Source: Octopus vulgaris (Eukaryota). Taken from it: 64,000 bases of DNA. Shown one piece after another: positions 42,221 to 55,234 of this stretch. The stretch covers positions 44,268,001-44,332,000 of the forward strand of contig OX597820.1 in assembly GCA_951406725.2 (NCBI GenBank). Direction: 5' to 3'. The number at the start of each line of letters is the position of its first letter. Within the stretch, counting starts at the first letter, position 1. Both the position numbers and the translations under genes were made by a program. The notes beneath the pieces are model-generated. The model made no database searches and was not told the origin of the DNA. It saw nothing but the letters and a program-made list of their open reading frames with translations.

Positions 42221-43272
42221 ATCGTATAGATAAAAATTTGGCTTTAAATAAATATACGCAGACATGGATGTAGATCACAACTAATTCAAATGCTTCGTTA
42301 TCGGTTGTTGTTCTTTTTTAAACTCTTTTACAGTTTTGCCCCAATTCGTCTCAGGTAGAGCGGTCCTATCTATTTATCTATCTTTCTATCTATTTATCTA
42401 TATGTGTATGTTTGTGTGTGTGTTTCTATGCACACACATAAATTATATACACGTGCAGACATATGTGTATGCGTGTGTGTTTGTGTGTATGTACGTATGT
42501 GTATGCTTACATGCATAGACATACAAACATACATGCACACATACACACACATACATACATACATACATACACACATACATACACACATACATACACACAT
42601 ACATACAGACAGACAGACAGACATACAGACATGCATACATGATGCATTACCTGAATTCAACTGTACATCCACTACAAAAAAAACGTATTGTTTATTAACT
42701 TCCCAATCTCCAACCTTTTTTCTTTTTCTTTCACTTCAGATAAAACTAATCCCACAGATTAAGAAGTTCCCAGAACTTCTTGCTAATGCCATGTCCTTAT
42801 ATGATCTTCTCATCACTAAATATAATATCCATACTTATTCACTCAGTCATCGCAACGAAGCAGCTTTCTAAAATGAAAGTGAAAGTTATAACATACCTTT
42901 TTCTTATATTCCTATCATTTATTTGACGTATGGTGGCGGCAGGTGGATAGATATGAAATTATTTCTACTGGCGGGTAATAATATTCTCAGCGGTTTAATA
43001 TAATTCTTTGAATATCCATCAATTTATAAGCCAGGAGAAAATGGCTGGTAAGCAAGTTGTTGTTGCTATTGAAACTCAGGTCAATTCTGGTCGACCAGAG
43101 CTAGGATTTAGTAAAAGGCATTTCAGGCTACATTATCTGACGTGTTGTTCCCTTTTATGACAATATTATTCAATTTGAGGAGAATTTTGTTGCTATTTAT
43201 AGTAAGTCGAACTACTGTGCAGACAATCCTCCGTTAGTTCGATGCATTTATCAATATATAAAGCATGCAGTA

Positions 43273-43495
43273 AGGTGGCGAGCAGGCAGAATCGTTATCA
43301 CGCTGAGTTAGATGCTTAGTAGCGGTATTTCGTCCATCTTAACGTTTTGAGTTCAAATTTCGCTAAGGTTGACTTTGCCATTCATCCTTTCGAAGTCGGG
43401 GAAATAAGCAACAGGTGAATACTTGGATCGATGTAATCGACTCTCCCACCGAACCTTGAAATTACTGGTCTTGTGCCAAAATTTGAAACCAGTAT
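43273..43495 (+). mobile_element. SINE family B, tail type 2
   Basis: GGTGGCGAGCAGGCAGAATCGTTA...GAGTTCAAATT...CTTGTGCCAAAATTTGAAACC. Confidence 0.8.
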
Positions 43496-43692
43496 ATAAT
43501 CATGCATGTATGAGTGTACATATGTTTGTATGTGTTTGTGTGTGTGTGTGTGAATGAATGTATGTATGATTTTTTAAGGATTTATTTATGTTTTCATTTG
43601 GAGAATTCAAGCTGGTCGCTCACCAAGTGTCAAGGCTTTTTTTTTTTTTTCAGTTAAGACAGCTGTTGGGAGTTTGTGATCGTCTGATCTAT

Positions 43693-44111
43693 ACTCTCTT
43701 TTACTCTCTTTTACTTGTTTCAGTCATTTGACTGCGGCCATGCTGGAGCACCGCCTTTAAGTCGAGCAAATCTACCCCAGGACTTAATCTTTGTAAGCCT
43801 AGTACATATTCTATCGATCTCTTTTGCCGAACCGCTAAATTATGGGGACGTAAACGCACCGCCATCGGTTGTCAAGTGATGGTGGTGGGACAAACACAGA
43901 CACACAAACATATACACACACATACATGTAAATATATATACATATATACGACGGGCTTCTTTCAGTTTCCGTCTACCAAATCCACTCACAAGGCTTTGGT
44001 CGGCCCGAGGCTATAGTAGAAGACACTCGCCCAAGGTGCCACGCAGTGGGACTGAACCTAGACCCATGTGGTTGGTATGCAAGCTACTTACCACACAGCC
44101 ATTCCTGCGCC
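43693..44111 (-). mobile_element. SINE family A, full length
   Basis: Reverse complement of the consensus. Confidence 0.92.
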
Positions 44112-44279
44112 TATATACATATTTATGATTACAAACATACATATTTGTAATCATAAATAACTTGTATTTGTGTTGTGGATATTCGTTTTACTTATACAAG
44201 TGCCTGCGCTTTACAGCTTTTACAACTTTGTATACCAGTGTTTGTGCTTCACTCATATCTTTTTATCTTTTTTTTTTTG

Positions 44280-44718
44280 CTTGTTTCGGTCATTGGACTG
44301 CGACCATGTTGCCCCCCCCCCCCCACACACACACACACACACCTTCAAGAGTTTTGATCGAACGAATCGACTACATATTTCATTTTAAACCTGGTAATTA
44401 TTCAATCGATCTCTTTTGCCGAACCGAAGACGTATCAAACCAATACCGGTTACCGAGCCATGGTACAGTATAAACACACATATATGTGCATATATATATG
44501 TGTATATATATATATCTTGTTTCGGTCATTGGACTGCGACCATGTTGCCCCCCACCCCACCCCACCTTGAAGAGTTTTGATCGAACGAATCGACTGCATA
44601 CTTCATTTTAAACCTGGTAATTATTCAATCGATCTGTTTTTGCCGAACCGAAGACGTATCAAACCAATACCGGTTACCGAGCCATGGTACAGTATAAACA
44701 CACATATATGTGCATATA

Positions 44719-44786
<68 letters not shown>

Positions 44787-44915
44787 AAATCCACTCGCAA
44801 GGCTTTGGTCGGCCCGAAACTATAAAAGAAGACACTTGTCCAGGTGCCACACAATGGGACTGAATCACGAGTCATGTGGTTCCAAAGTAAGCTTTTTACT
44901 ACACAGTCACGCCTG
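44280..44915 (-). mobile_element. Diverged SINE family A with a tandem duplication of its 3' half (about 236 bp)
   Basis: CTTGTTTCGGTCATTGGACTGCGACCATGTTGCCCCC at 44280 and 44516. Confidence 0.85.
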
Positions 44916-44920
44916 TGCTT

Positions 44921-44952
<32 letters not shown>

Positions 44953-45147
44953 TGTATGTATGTATGTATGTATGTATGTATGTATGTATGTATGTATGAA
45001 TATATATATATACCATATGATAAACTGCCAATGAAATTGGTAATTATACATATATATAGAGAATTCATAAAAAATAAACCAAAGACGATGGCAGGTGGTA
45101 TAGACAACGAACAGATGTATTAGTTTAAAGCTCGGGAAGTGAAAAAG

Positions 45148-45186
45148 TATTTAACGTTTCGAACCTACGCTATTCCACAGAAAGGA
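45148..45186 (-). ncRNA. Decayed minimal hammerhead motif in a non-coding repeat (about 45060-45250)
   Basis: Minus strand: TTT CTGTGGA ATAGC-GTAG-GTTC GAAA CG TT AAA. Core A6 is substituted; AACGTT palindrome. Confidence 0.4.
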
Positions 45187-45244
45187 ATACAGAAGGAAAA
45201 TAAAGTGAAAATAAAGAATGTGTAGCGGCTAGCGATCTATCATG

Positions 45245-45294
<50 letters not shown>

Positions 45295-45602
45295 GAATTA
45301 GAGATGAAACCACTATTATGCAACTCAAACAGTGATAGATATAAACTAATACATAAATAACAAATAATATAAATATAATTAATATAATATATAATATATT
45401 TTATTTTTCGAAAAGTATAAAAAGAATGATAAATATAATATAAAACACTTGTCCAGGTACCACACAATGGGACTGAATCCGGAGCATATTGCATAATAGT
45501 GGTTTTATCTCTAATTCATATTTTATATATTTATACTGTGAAATTTGATTTAATACTAAATTGAATTTTTCCCTGTAAGTTTGGAGCTAAACTCCCTAAT
45601 AT

Positions 45603-45640
<38 letters not shown>

Positions 45641-46068
45641 AGGGTATGTATGTAATACAATGTGAAACCACCCTTGAATTCTCCCAGAAAAATTCCGTGA
45701 CAAGGATATAGTGTTTGTCAAAGAATACACCAGAGGGAAATCATTGAACCGATGGCGCAAAGAAGGTTATATACATGTCTTTCTGTTGGAATTCCATGCT
45801 AAGACTAAATAACTTATTTTACAACTTTCAATTTTTTTTTCTCTTTTTTCGTTCCTTTATGTTTTTAGTTATATATCATTTATCTTGTACTTGTCTCTGT
45901 CATCGGATGCAGCCATGCTGAAGTACTGCCTCGGAGGGTTTAGTAGAACAAATCAATCTCCAGTACTTATTTCTTTTGCAGAATTGCTGGCTACTGGGAC
46001 GTAAACAAACCAACAAATATTGTCAACATGCGTTGGGGACAAACACAATCACACACGCATACACACTC

Positions 46069-46099
<31 letters not shown>

Positions 46100-46150
46100 A
46101 GCACGCACAAACACATATATTTGTGTGTATAGACAGAGAGACAGACAGAC

Positions 46151-46232
<82 letters not shown>

Positions 46233-46395
46233 GTAGGTAAGTAGGTAGGTAGGTAGGTAGGTAGGTAGGTAGGTAGGTAGGTAGGTAGGTAGGTAGGTAG
46301 GTAGGTAGGTAGGAAGGTAGGTATATCTGAGTATATATGTATATATATATATATATATATACATACACACACACACACGGACACATATATATATT

Positions 46396-46441
<46 letters not shown>

Positions 46442-46465
46442 TGTATGTATGTATGTATGTATATA

Positions 46466-48193
46466 CTAGCAAACGCACCCATCTTTTGGACGGTGTAATT
46501 TATTATAATGGCGCATTCCTTTAGATGGTTTAAGTTGAATTAGCCCGCAGTTAGAAGTTGTTTCAAGTTGACAAACGTAAAACGTATAATTACCAATTTC
46601 GTTAGCAGTTTATCATTAAGCAACCTAGGTAAAAAAACAAAGTTTTGTGAACACAAAGTTGGCAGTTGGTATTAAATGAAAGTCCATGAAATGAGATCGC
46701 AATTTCAGTACGCATTAGGGACCCTATATCTTACCTGAAGCATTTTATAGCATGTAGTTATTTTACTCGTAATGCCTGATACAACCGTATTGAAACTTTT
46801 TTTTTTTTCAATGAAAGCCATGTATGATAAACAAAAGCAAACATATATAGCAAACACACAAATAGAATAAATGTCAGAGCACGCTTATGAGCGAGCAGCA
46901 TGCGTGACGTGAGAAGGGTCATTGAAGGTAATGTACTGCCAACAGCAATCACGGAAATGAAGCAAAATATCAATGAAATGCTTGTATGATGTATAATTGC
47001 TAACGGGTACAGTTTGGTGTAGATGTGAAGATTGCAGTAGAATAGTAACTGCGGGGTTGCTTTGTAGATGACATTTTTGGTTTTTTCCTTCGGGAGCATA
47101 GAAGAATAAATTGCCTGGATTGCCAACTCAGGAACAACCGACGTATAACTGTCCATGTGAAAAGCATGACGTTCGAAGGTCTAATCCAACAACTTTCAGC
47201 GATTGACCTTGTTTTTTGGGGGGTTTTTTTGTTAATTGTCATGGCGAAGCTGAGTTTGAGAGGGAACTGAAGTTTCCGCATATGGTAGGGACAGTCTGTT
47301 GGGGTTAGCGGAATTTTCAGAATAAAAATGCTATCGTTTTTGCCGTGCCCTGTGATAATTTGGGCTTCAATGACGTTGCCCATCATTTGTTTGACCACAA
47401 AGCGAGTGCCATTGCATAGTGTGCGTGCGTTTATATTGCGCAGGAGGATGACAGGGCAACTGACTTTTAAATGAAATTCATGGGGAGGGAGTCCTGGAGG
47501 ATGTTGGAAGTTGAGAAATTCCTTTGGAAAGTAACCTGGTCGAGGTCGGTAACGTTGTCAACTGATCTGTAACGACGTTCTTGAGAAGGTAGCTTACTGA
47601 GAAAGTTATAGTTAAGAGTGGTGACAGATGCATTTGTAGGTGCAAGAACAAGCCAGTGCAAACGTGCAAATATCGGCAGTTTGCAGTGAATGGGCATTGT
47701 AAAAACTGTATAACTGTCACAACTTTGTATGAGTAAAAGCAGATAATATATTTAATATGGATTAATTTCTGAAAGCATTTAAATAATAATTAAAAGTTGA
47801 TTTAAACTGTATGGCTATCTCAAAGAAGTGCTAATGAGCAAATATCGGTGGTTTGCAGTGAATGGGCATCGTAAAAATTGTAGTAGAAGACGGAGTGAAA
47901 GTAGCATAACTACAGACGGAGTGAAAGTAGCATAGCTACATCATTAAGAGAAATATCCCTTGAAGCAACGATCGTTGGTATCTGTTATTTACCTATAAGA
48001 AGGTGTTTTCGTCCCCTATGGGCGGCATTGCTCATGATGTGGAAAATCTGAAGAGTCTATGACCATCTCTTGAACATAAATGATGTATGTTCTCAGCGTG
48101 AACGAAATCGGATGGAAAATATTGATTTTAAGTGGGATCGAGAAAGGGGCCTGTACACACACACGCACATCTTCCGTTTTATTATATATAAGA
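46466..48193 (-). mobile_element. Helitron, internally deleted, both termini intact
   Basis: Minus strand has 5' TC at 48193 and a 3' hairpin CACCGTC-CAAAA-GATGGGTG followed by CTAG at 46466. Inserted between A and T with no TSD. Confidence 0.92.
47060..47665 (-). pseudogene. Helitron Pif1-family helicase C-terminal fragment, frameshifted
   Basis: LAPTNASV, PPGLPPH, ILLRNIN...[45 protein letters not shown]. Confidence 0.9.
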
Positions 48194-48280
48194 TATGTGT
48201 GTGTGTATTGTGTTTACTTTTGTGTGATGTGGTGAATGTAGATCATATGTAATACGCTGTAATAGTAGACATTTATTTAA

Positions 48281-48498
48281 GGTGGTGAGCAGGCAGAATC
48301 GTTAAGCACGCCAGGCAAAATGCTTAGCGCCATTTCGCCCATCTTTACCCCCAGAGTTCAAACTCCGCCGAGGCCGACTTTGTCTTTCACCCCTTTAGGA
48401 GGCGATAAAATAAGTACAAGTTGAGTACTGGAGTCGATGTAATCGACTTATCCCCTCACCCGGGCTTGCTGGCCTTGTGCCCAAATTTAAAACCAATA
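48281..48498 (+). mobile_element. SINE family B, tail type 2
   Basis: Matches 43273-43495. Confidence 0.82.
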
Positions 48499-48599
48499 TT
48501 ATACAATAATTTATAATCATGATGTATATGAACCATGTATTGTTAAAACGATCGTAACGAAGGAATGTAATACCATCATCTACATCCTAGGAGTTACCT

Positions 48600-48675
<76 letters not shown>

Positions 48676-48705
48676 TGTGCGTGTGCATGTATCCATGTCT
48701 ATTTA

Positions 48706-49087
48706 GGAGGCGCAATGGCCCAGTGGTTAGGGCAGCGGACTCGCTGTCGTAGGAGCGCGGTTTCGATTCCCAGACCGGGCGTTGTGAGTGTTTATTGAGC
48801 GAAAACACCTAAAGCTCCACGAGGCTCCGGCAGGGCATGGTGGTGATCCCTGCTGTACTCTTTCACCACAACTTTCTCTCATTCTTTCTTCCTGTTTCTG
48901 TTGTACCTGTATTTCAAAGGGCCGGCCTTGTCACTCTCTGTGACACGCTGAATATCCCCGAGAACTACGTTAAGGGTACACGTGTCTGTGGAGTGCTCAG
49001 CCACTTACACGTTAATTTCACGAGCAGGCTGTTCCGTTGGTCGGATCAACCGGAACCCTCATCGTCGTAACCGACGGAGTGCTTCCA
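48706..49087 (+). mobile_element. SINE family C, tail type 2, with 13-bp TSD
   Basis: CCATGTCTATTTA at 48693-48705 and 49088-49100. A and B boxes present. Confidence 0.92.
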
Positions 49088-49386
49088 CCATGTCTATTTA
49101 TGTACTTTCAATCTTCCATCAATTCTGTGTCATTCTTATTGAAATTAAATTTCTATATTTCTCAGTAAAATCACATTGTCATTATATTTTCCAGTCGTTT
49201 GAAAATAATTTTCCTTGTCGTTGCTGTTGTTCTTGCTGTTACTGTTGTTCTTGTTACAACTGTTGGCACTGTTATGGCGGCAATCATGTGTTACAGTTGT
49301 CGCCGTCATCATCCTAACGGGGGTTATTGTTGTTGTAGTTGCTATTGTTGTTGTTGGTGGTGGTGGTGGTGGTGGTGGTGGTGGTG

Positions 49387-49420
<34 letters not shown>

Positions 49421-50579
49421 TGGAGGAGGAGGTCGTGATATTGTTAACGGTAGATTGATTTTGGAGAAGGTAAATACAAATTTTTTCAATTTCTAAACCA
49501 ACAAACCAACAAACAAATCTTTAAGTGTACGTGCGCGTGTTCGTGTGTACGTGCATGTGCCCGCGCGCATGTGTGTGTGTATATCCGCCATCATTATTAC
49601 CGCCAACACCAGCACCACAAGCTAACGAGGAACTCTATATGCGGTCACCACCGTCGCTCGCCTTGCTAGAAATAGAAGCCAAATGCTCCCCAATTCACAC
49701 TTTACAGTCTTTTTTTTTAAAGAATACATTAGGTGACAATAATCCTGGAAATAATAGCTAAAACTTCCTCAATTTACACGCTGCAGTCTGTTTTACAAAG
49801 GACACATTGAGGGATAATAATCCTAGATACACTGTGTCTAGATAAAACATAAGATAGTCAAAGTCGGGAAGCTTTTGACCAATGTCCTTCTGTTCAATAA
49901 ACACTGCCCAGGAACTAAACAACAGAAACATTAATATAACCACCACTAACACCAACACCACCGCCGCTAAAACTTCCACCACCTCAAAGACCTCCACCAC
50001 CAGCATCTAAACCATCGCTAGTTCTGTTATTACCAATGTCATTATTTACATCGATACCACCAACACCACAAACACCAACGCAAATAGATTCACTGCAACC
50101 AACACCAACATCAATAATATCAGCAATGCCACCACTACCGCCAACTTCACTAACCACTAATACTACTACAACCATCGCCACTACAAACAAACCCACCGCC
50201 ACTAATACACTATCACCGCTACCACCACTATTCTCACTGATATTACCACTACCGCCAACACTAACACCACCACCAATACCACTTTCACAAGCACCACATC
50301 GAGTAGGATCATTACCACTACGTCTAACACTGTTACTACCCGCTAATATTTCCATTATCACCACTACCACCTCTACTCACTACTATTACCAGCCTCACTA
50401 TCATCATCAATACCACTAACATCAATCCAACCACAACTGATGCCCTCCCGACCATAACCCCATTACCACTACCGATACCACAACTATTGCAAACACCACC
50501 ACTGGTATAATAAGTACAACTACTACCACTAGTACCATCGCCACTATCACCACCAGTATATCAATACTATCACTGTTAC

Positions 50580-52070
50580 CAACACCACAACCACCAACAC
50601 CACAACCACTAACACCACAACCACCAACACCACAACCACTAACACCACAACCACCACTACCACAACCACCACTACCACTACCACAACCACCAACACAACA
50701 ACCACCAACAACAACCACCAACAACACAACCACCAACACCACAACCACCAACACCACAACAACCAACACCACAACAACCAACACCACAACCACTAACACC
50801 ACAACCACTAACACCACAACCACCAACACAACAACCACTAACACAACAACAACAACCACAACAACACAACCACCAACCACAACCACCAACACCACAACCA
50901 CTAACACCACAACCACCAACATCACAACCACCAACACCACTACCACAACCACCAACACCACAACCACCAACACCACAACCACCAACACCGCAACCACCAA
51001 CACTGCAACCACTAACACCTCAACCACCAACACCACAATCACCAACACCACAACCACTAACACCACAACCACCAACACCACAACCACCAACCAACACCAC
51101 AACCACCAACACCACAACCAACAACACCACAACCACCAACACCACAACCACTAACAACACAACCACCAACACAACAACCACTAACAACACAACCACTAAC
51201 AACACAACCACCAACACCACAACCACTAACAACACAACCACCAACACCACAACCACTAACAACACAACCACCAACACAACAACCACTAACAACACAACCA
51301 CCAACACAACAACCACCAACAACACAACCACCAACACCACAACCACCAACACCACAACCACCAACACCACAACCACTAACACCACAACCACCAACACAAC
51401 AACCACCAACAACACAACCACTAACAACACAACCACCAACACCACAACCACTAACACCACAACCACTAACACCACAACCACCAACACCGCAACCACCAAC
51501 ACCACAACCACCAACACCACAACCACTAACACCACAACCACTAACACCACAACCACCAACACCACCAACACCACAACCACCAACACCACAACCACCAACA
51601 CCACAACCACCAACACCACAACCACAAACACCAACACCACAACCACTAACAACAACCACTAACAACACAACCACTAACAACACAACCACAAACACCACAA
51701 CCACTAACAACACAACCACCAACACAACAACCACTAACAACACAACCACCAACACCACAACCACTAACAACACAACCACCAACACAACAAGCACCACTAC
51801 CATAACCACCAACACTACAACCACCAATACAACAACCACTACTAACACAACACCAACACCACAACCACCACAACCACCACAACCACCTATTGCACATCGA
51901 CAACTACTAACACAACAACTACCAACACAACAACCACCAACACCACAACCATTAACACAACAACTACCAACACCACAACCACCAACACAACAACTACCAA
52001 CACCACAACCACCATTACCACAACTACCAACACCACAACCACCAACGCCAACACTACAACCATAACCACC
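50580..52070. repeat. 15-bp minisatellite (ACCACYAACAMCACA)n inside an ACC/AAC-rich tract (about 49940-52440)
   Basis: Roughly 100 units, almost no G on the plus strand, with occasional indels that shift frame. Confidence 0.92.
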
Positions 52071-53012
52071 ACAACCAATACGCTGACTACTAGCGCAAGC
52101 ACTTCCAATGCCACCACCACCACTACTACTAACAACCACACCAATGTAATTACTCCCACCACCACCCTCCCAATACCACTAAAACCACCGATACAACCAC
52201 CACAACAATCAACATCGCTACCACTACCAACAGCACCTTAACCATCAATACCATTCTCGATATATTCACTACCACCGTAAGGATTATCAATGCCACCGCC
52301 ACCAATAACATCACTACTCCTAACAACAGCAACAATATAATCACCACCACAACTACTACTAATATAATCACTACAACAGCAACAACAATAACAACAGCAA
52401 CAACAGCATCAACAGCAACAATGATAACAACAACAACACCCCCCAAAAAAAGTAATAAAGAAATAAAATATCTTTCTGAAAGCTTGAGTGAACATCGCCA
52501 TATCAGACAAGTGTTGTTTATAAAATTTTTGTATTCATATTTTTTGTGAAAGAATTTTTTTCTTTTTCTAAAATGTAAACAGACGAACGAAAGCTTCAAC
52601 TATTTATGTTTTATATCGAAGTTCACCTATTGCACATCGATGCACATTAAGAATGTAATTTCATTTTCAGTGATATTAAAATAATTAAGGAGGCAATGCT
52701 TCTAAAGTTCTTTAAACTAGTCATTTTTAGAGTAAAGGCCAAATACTGAGAATTGCAAGCCAAGAAATTGTCTCCCTTCTTTTGCATAGCTTTTTTTATT
52801 TTATTTTATTTCATTTTATTTTATTTTATTCTGTTATATTTTGCTGATAGACAGACAAGATAGCGGAATTCCTAAAAGGTTTAGAATATTCTCATGCGTT
52901 TCCTACCCAGTGTACGGATTATTATTCTAAACACATTGCTACCTGGGAAATAGAGTATTCTCGACTGTCATCCGAACGGTTGTTCTCCTGTACCCTGTCA
53001 CCAAAACCTCAG

Positions 53013-53214
53013 TCCTTTAGCATTCAGATTTTTTGTCAAATGTAATGCTTATGTATTGACATTGTTTTGAATAAATCAAGCATTATCCTGTTATTATTTC
53101 AGATTTCAATGATGTAATTGTTAATAAGGTAAGTGTAAGAGGTTGGATCTAGCCGGTTTGAACATAACAAGTTGAATATTTAGGCATGATGTGACCAGCT
53201 TAAATACTAAAAAG
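53013..53214. mobile_element. Decayed TTAA-type (piggyBac-like) MITE
   Basis: Ends TCCTTTAGCATTCAGA and TTAAATACTAAAAAG followed by TTAA. Confidence 0.5.
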
Positions 53215-53639
53215 TTAACGAAATCATGGGCAAACTGCAGCACGCAGGACTTTTTGAGTGGCACGCTAACGAAAAACTACTTGAATTTTTTTTTTTAGTA
53301 GTATAGCCCACCTGATATTAAGTCATGTCACATGCGGTCCTCTTCTCGAAAATAGTTATCCATATCTACTTTAATGTATTCGCGATCAAGAAAATATTCT
53401 TTCTCATTTCGGCACAAGACCAGCAATTTTAGTGGGAGCATGTAAGTCGATTACATCGACCCTAGTACTTTATTATTATCGACTCCGAAAGGATAACATC
53501 AAAGTTGATGATCTCGGCGGTATTTGAACTCGAAATGTAAGCGGAAAATCGTTAAGCAGCCAAAACTTCCTCTAAACCACAGCCTGTCGATTTAAAAAAA
53601 AGAACTAAAAACAAAAATATTACAACAAGGTTCAAGAAT

Positions 53640-53995
53640 GAATGTGTGGAAAGAAGTTTTCTTCCTAACCACGTGGTTTTGAGTTCAGTCCCACTGCGTG
53701 GCACATGGACATGCGTATTCAGCTATAGTTCTAGAACGACCAAGACCTTGTGAGTGATAGACGAAAACTGAAATCTTTTATTAGTGCATGTGTGTTTTTA
53801 TGTCTATCCACACACTGTTTTACAATTTTTGTTGGTTTGTTTACGTCCCCGTAATTTACGGTTCAACATAAGATACCGATAGAAATAAGAGACTTTAAAA
53901 CATAAAAACTAAGGTTGATTTGTTTAACTAAAACCCTTCAGGGCGATACCCCAGTATGGCCGTAGTTCAATGACTGAAACAAACGAAAGAGAAAG
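53640..53995 (+). mobile_element. Old SINE family A
   Basis: GTTCAGTCCCACTGCGTGGCAC and AATGACTGAAACAA retained. Confidence 0.75.
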
Positions 53996-55070
53996 GATAT
54001 CTAAGACCGAACAACGAGTTTCGTATAAAATTTGATGAACATTGGTTGGAATCGTAAGCACTTGACTACGGTGCGATCTCGTTACATCCTGCTTTACTCG
54101 ACAAATTTTAATTGTCACCAACTAATTATCTATAAAGCCAATAATTAAATTCTGTGACCAATCACTGATTACAGTTTCGGATAGTTTCCTGCATTTTCTA
54201 ACCAACTCAGCGATTATTCCACACACGTTGCTATCTCTGCCATAATCTAGACTTTTAGCTAGTTTTCACATAGAAAACACATTTTTAGTTGAACTCTTGT
54301 CACATCACACATTGAGAGTTCTTTTGTTCTCCGAAATTAATGATCCCATCGTATTAGGATTACGTATACACACGAGTACATTAATTCACGCATGTACACA
54401 CACAGTTACTAATATATGCGTGCGCACGTGTGTGATTGCGTATTGAAAGAATAACAACGGAATACTTAATGACGAGGATACTAAATACCAAATGTAGAGT
54501 CAAGTTAATAATTTTTGCTTTCACTTGGATTTTTAAGTTTTGCCTGGTGACTTATTCAGCAACTTTGATTGAAAAATCGTAAAATTAAAAGGCCAATTCA
54601 AAACAGATTTTTTAATATGTGTAGGTATCAAGCATGTGCCGTCAGTAATTACTCAGGGTAGGCAGTTGGTGACGTTTATGTAGAAAAACGCACAAGAAAT
54701 AAGCGAAACACTGGCGCGCGACTGAGTTGCGTCGTAGGAATGCAGACAGAACGTAAACTACAGCAGTATTATGCGTAGCTTAACTACTTAGATTGAAAAG
54801 CAGGGGCGAATTATGCCTACCTTATCTATAAAAAAATTTATTATTTTGCATTTTATACATAGAGATCAGAGTAACCTTCATGATTTTATTGATTTAGTTG
54901 TATATTTTGTCATGAAAGGAAAATGTTGCTATCGATCTATTTCACCCCAGGTAAGCACTACCTGCCTTGCCTACCTATACGGCACGTCCCTGGTAGGTAT
55001 GTATATCAATTTGCAAAATTTACTTCATACAAATCCAATTTCTATATCCTTCACTGATGTATAATATATA

Positions 55071-55220
55071 TTTCACATACGCACAACAGATTAGACTGTT
55101 GGAAAAGAAAAATTCCCAGCATCGAGCTACAAGTAACCTTACATGGCAAGAGCACTCCTAAGTGTACTAGTTGTCCCTAATAACAGTGTTTTCTAGAGCT
55201 GCACTAAGCTAAGTTTTATA
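55071..55220 (-). mobile_element. Short, diverged 3' end of the same R4/Dong-type family as 55235-56785
   Basis: Aligns to 55234-55381, separated by a TAA-like tail ATCATTATTGTTATT. Confidence 0.75.
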
Positions 55221-55234
55221 ATCATTATTGTTAT

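Noticed and set aside
50422-52599. Long Val-rich and GGCGV ORFs resembling keratin-associated or cuticle proteins
   Set aside because: They are minus-strand readings of the minisatellite that switch frames arbitrarily.
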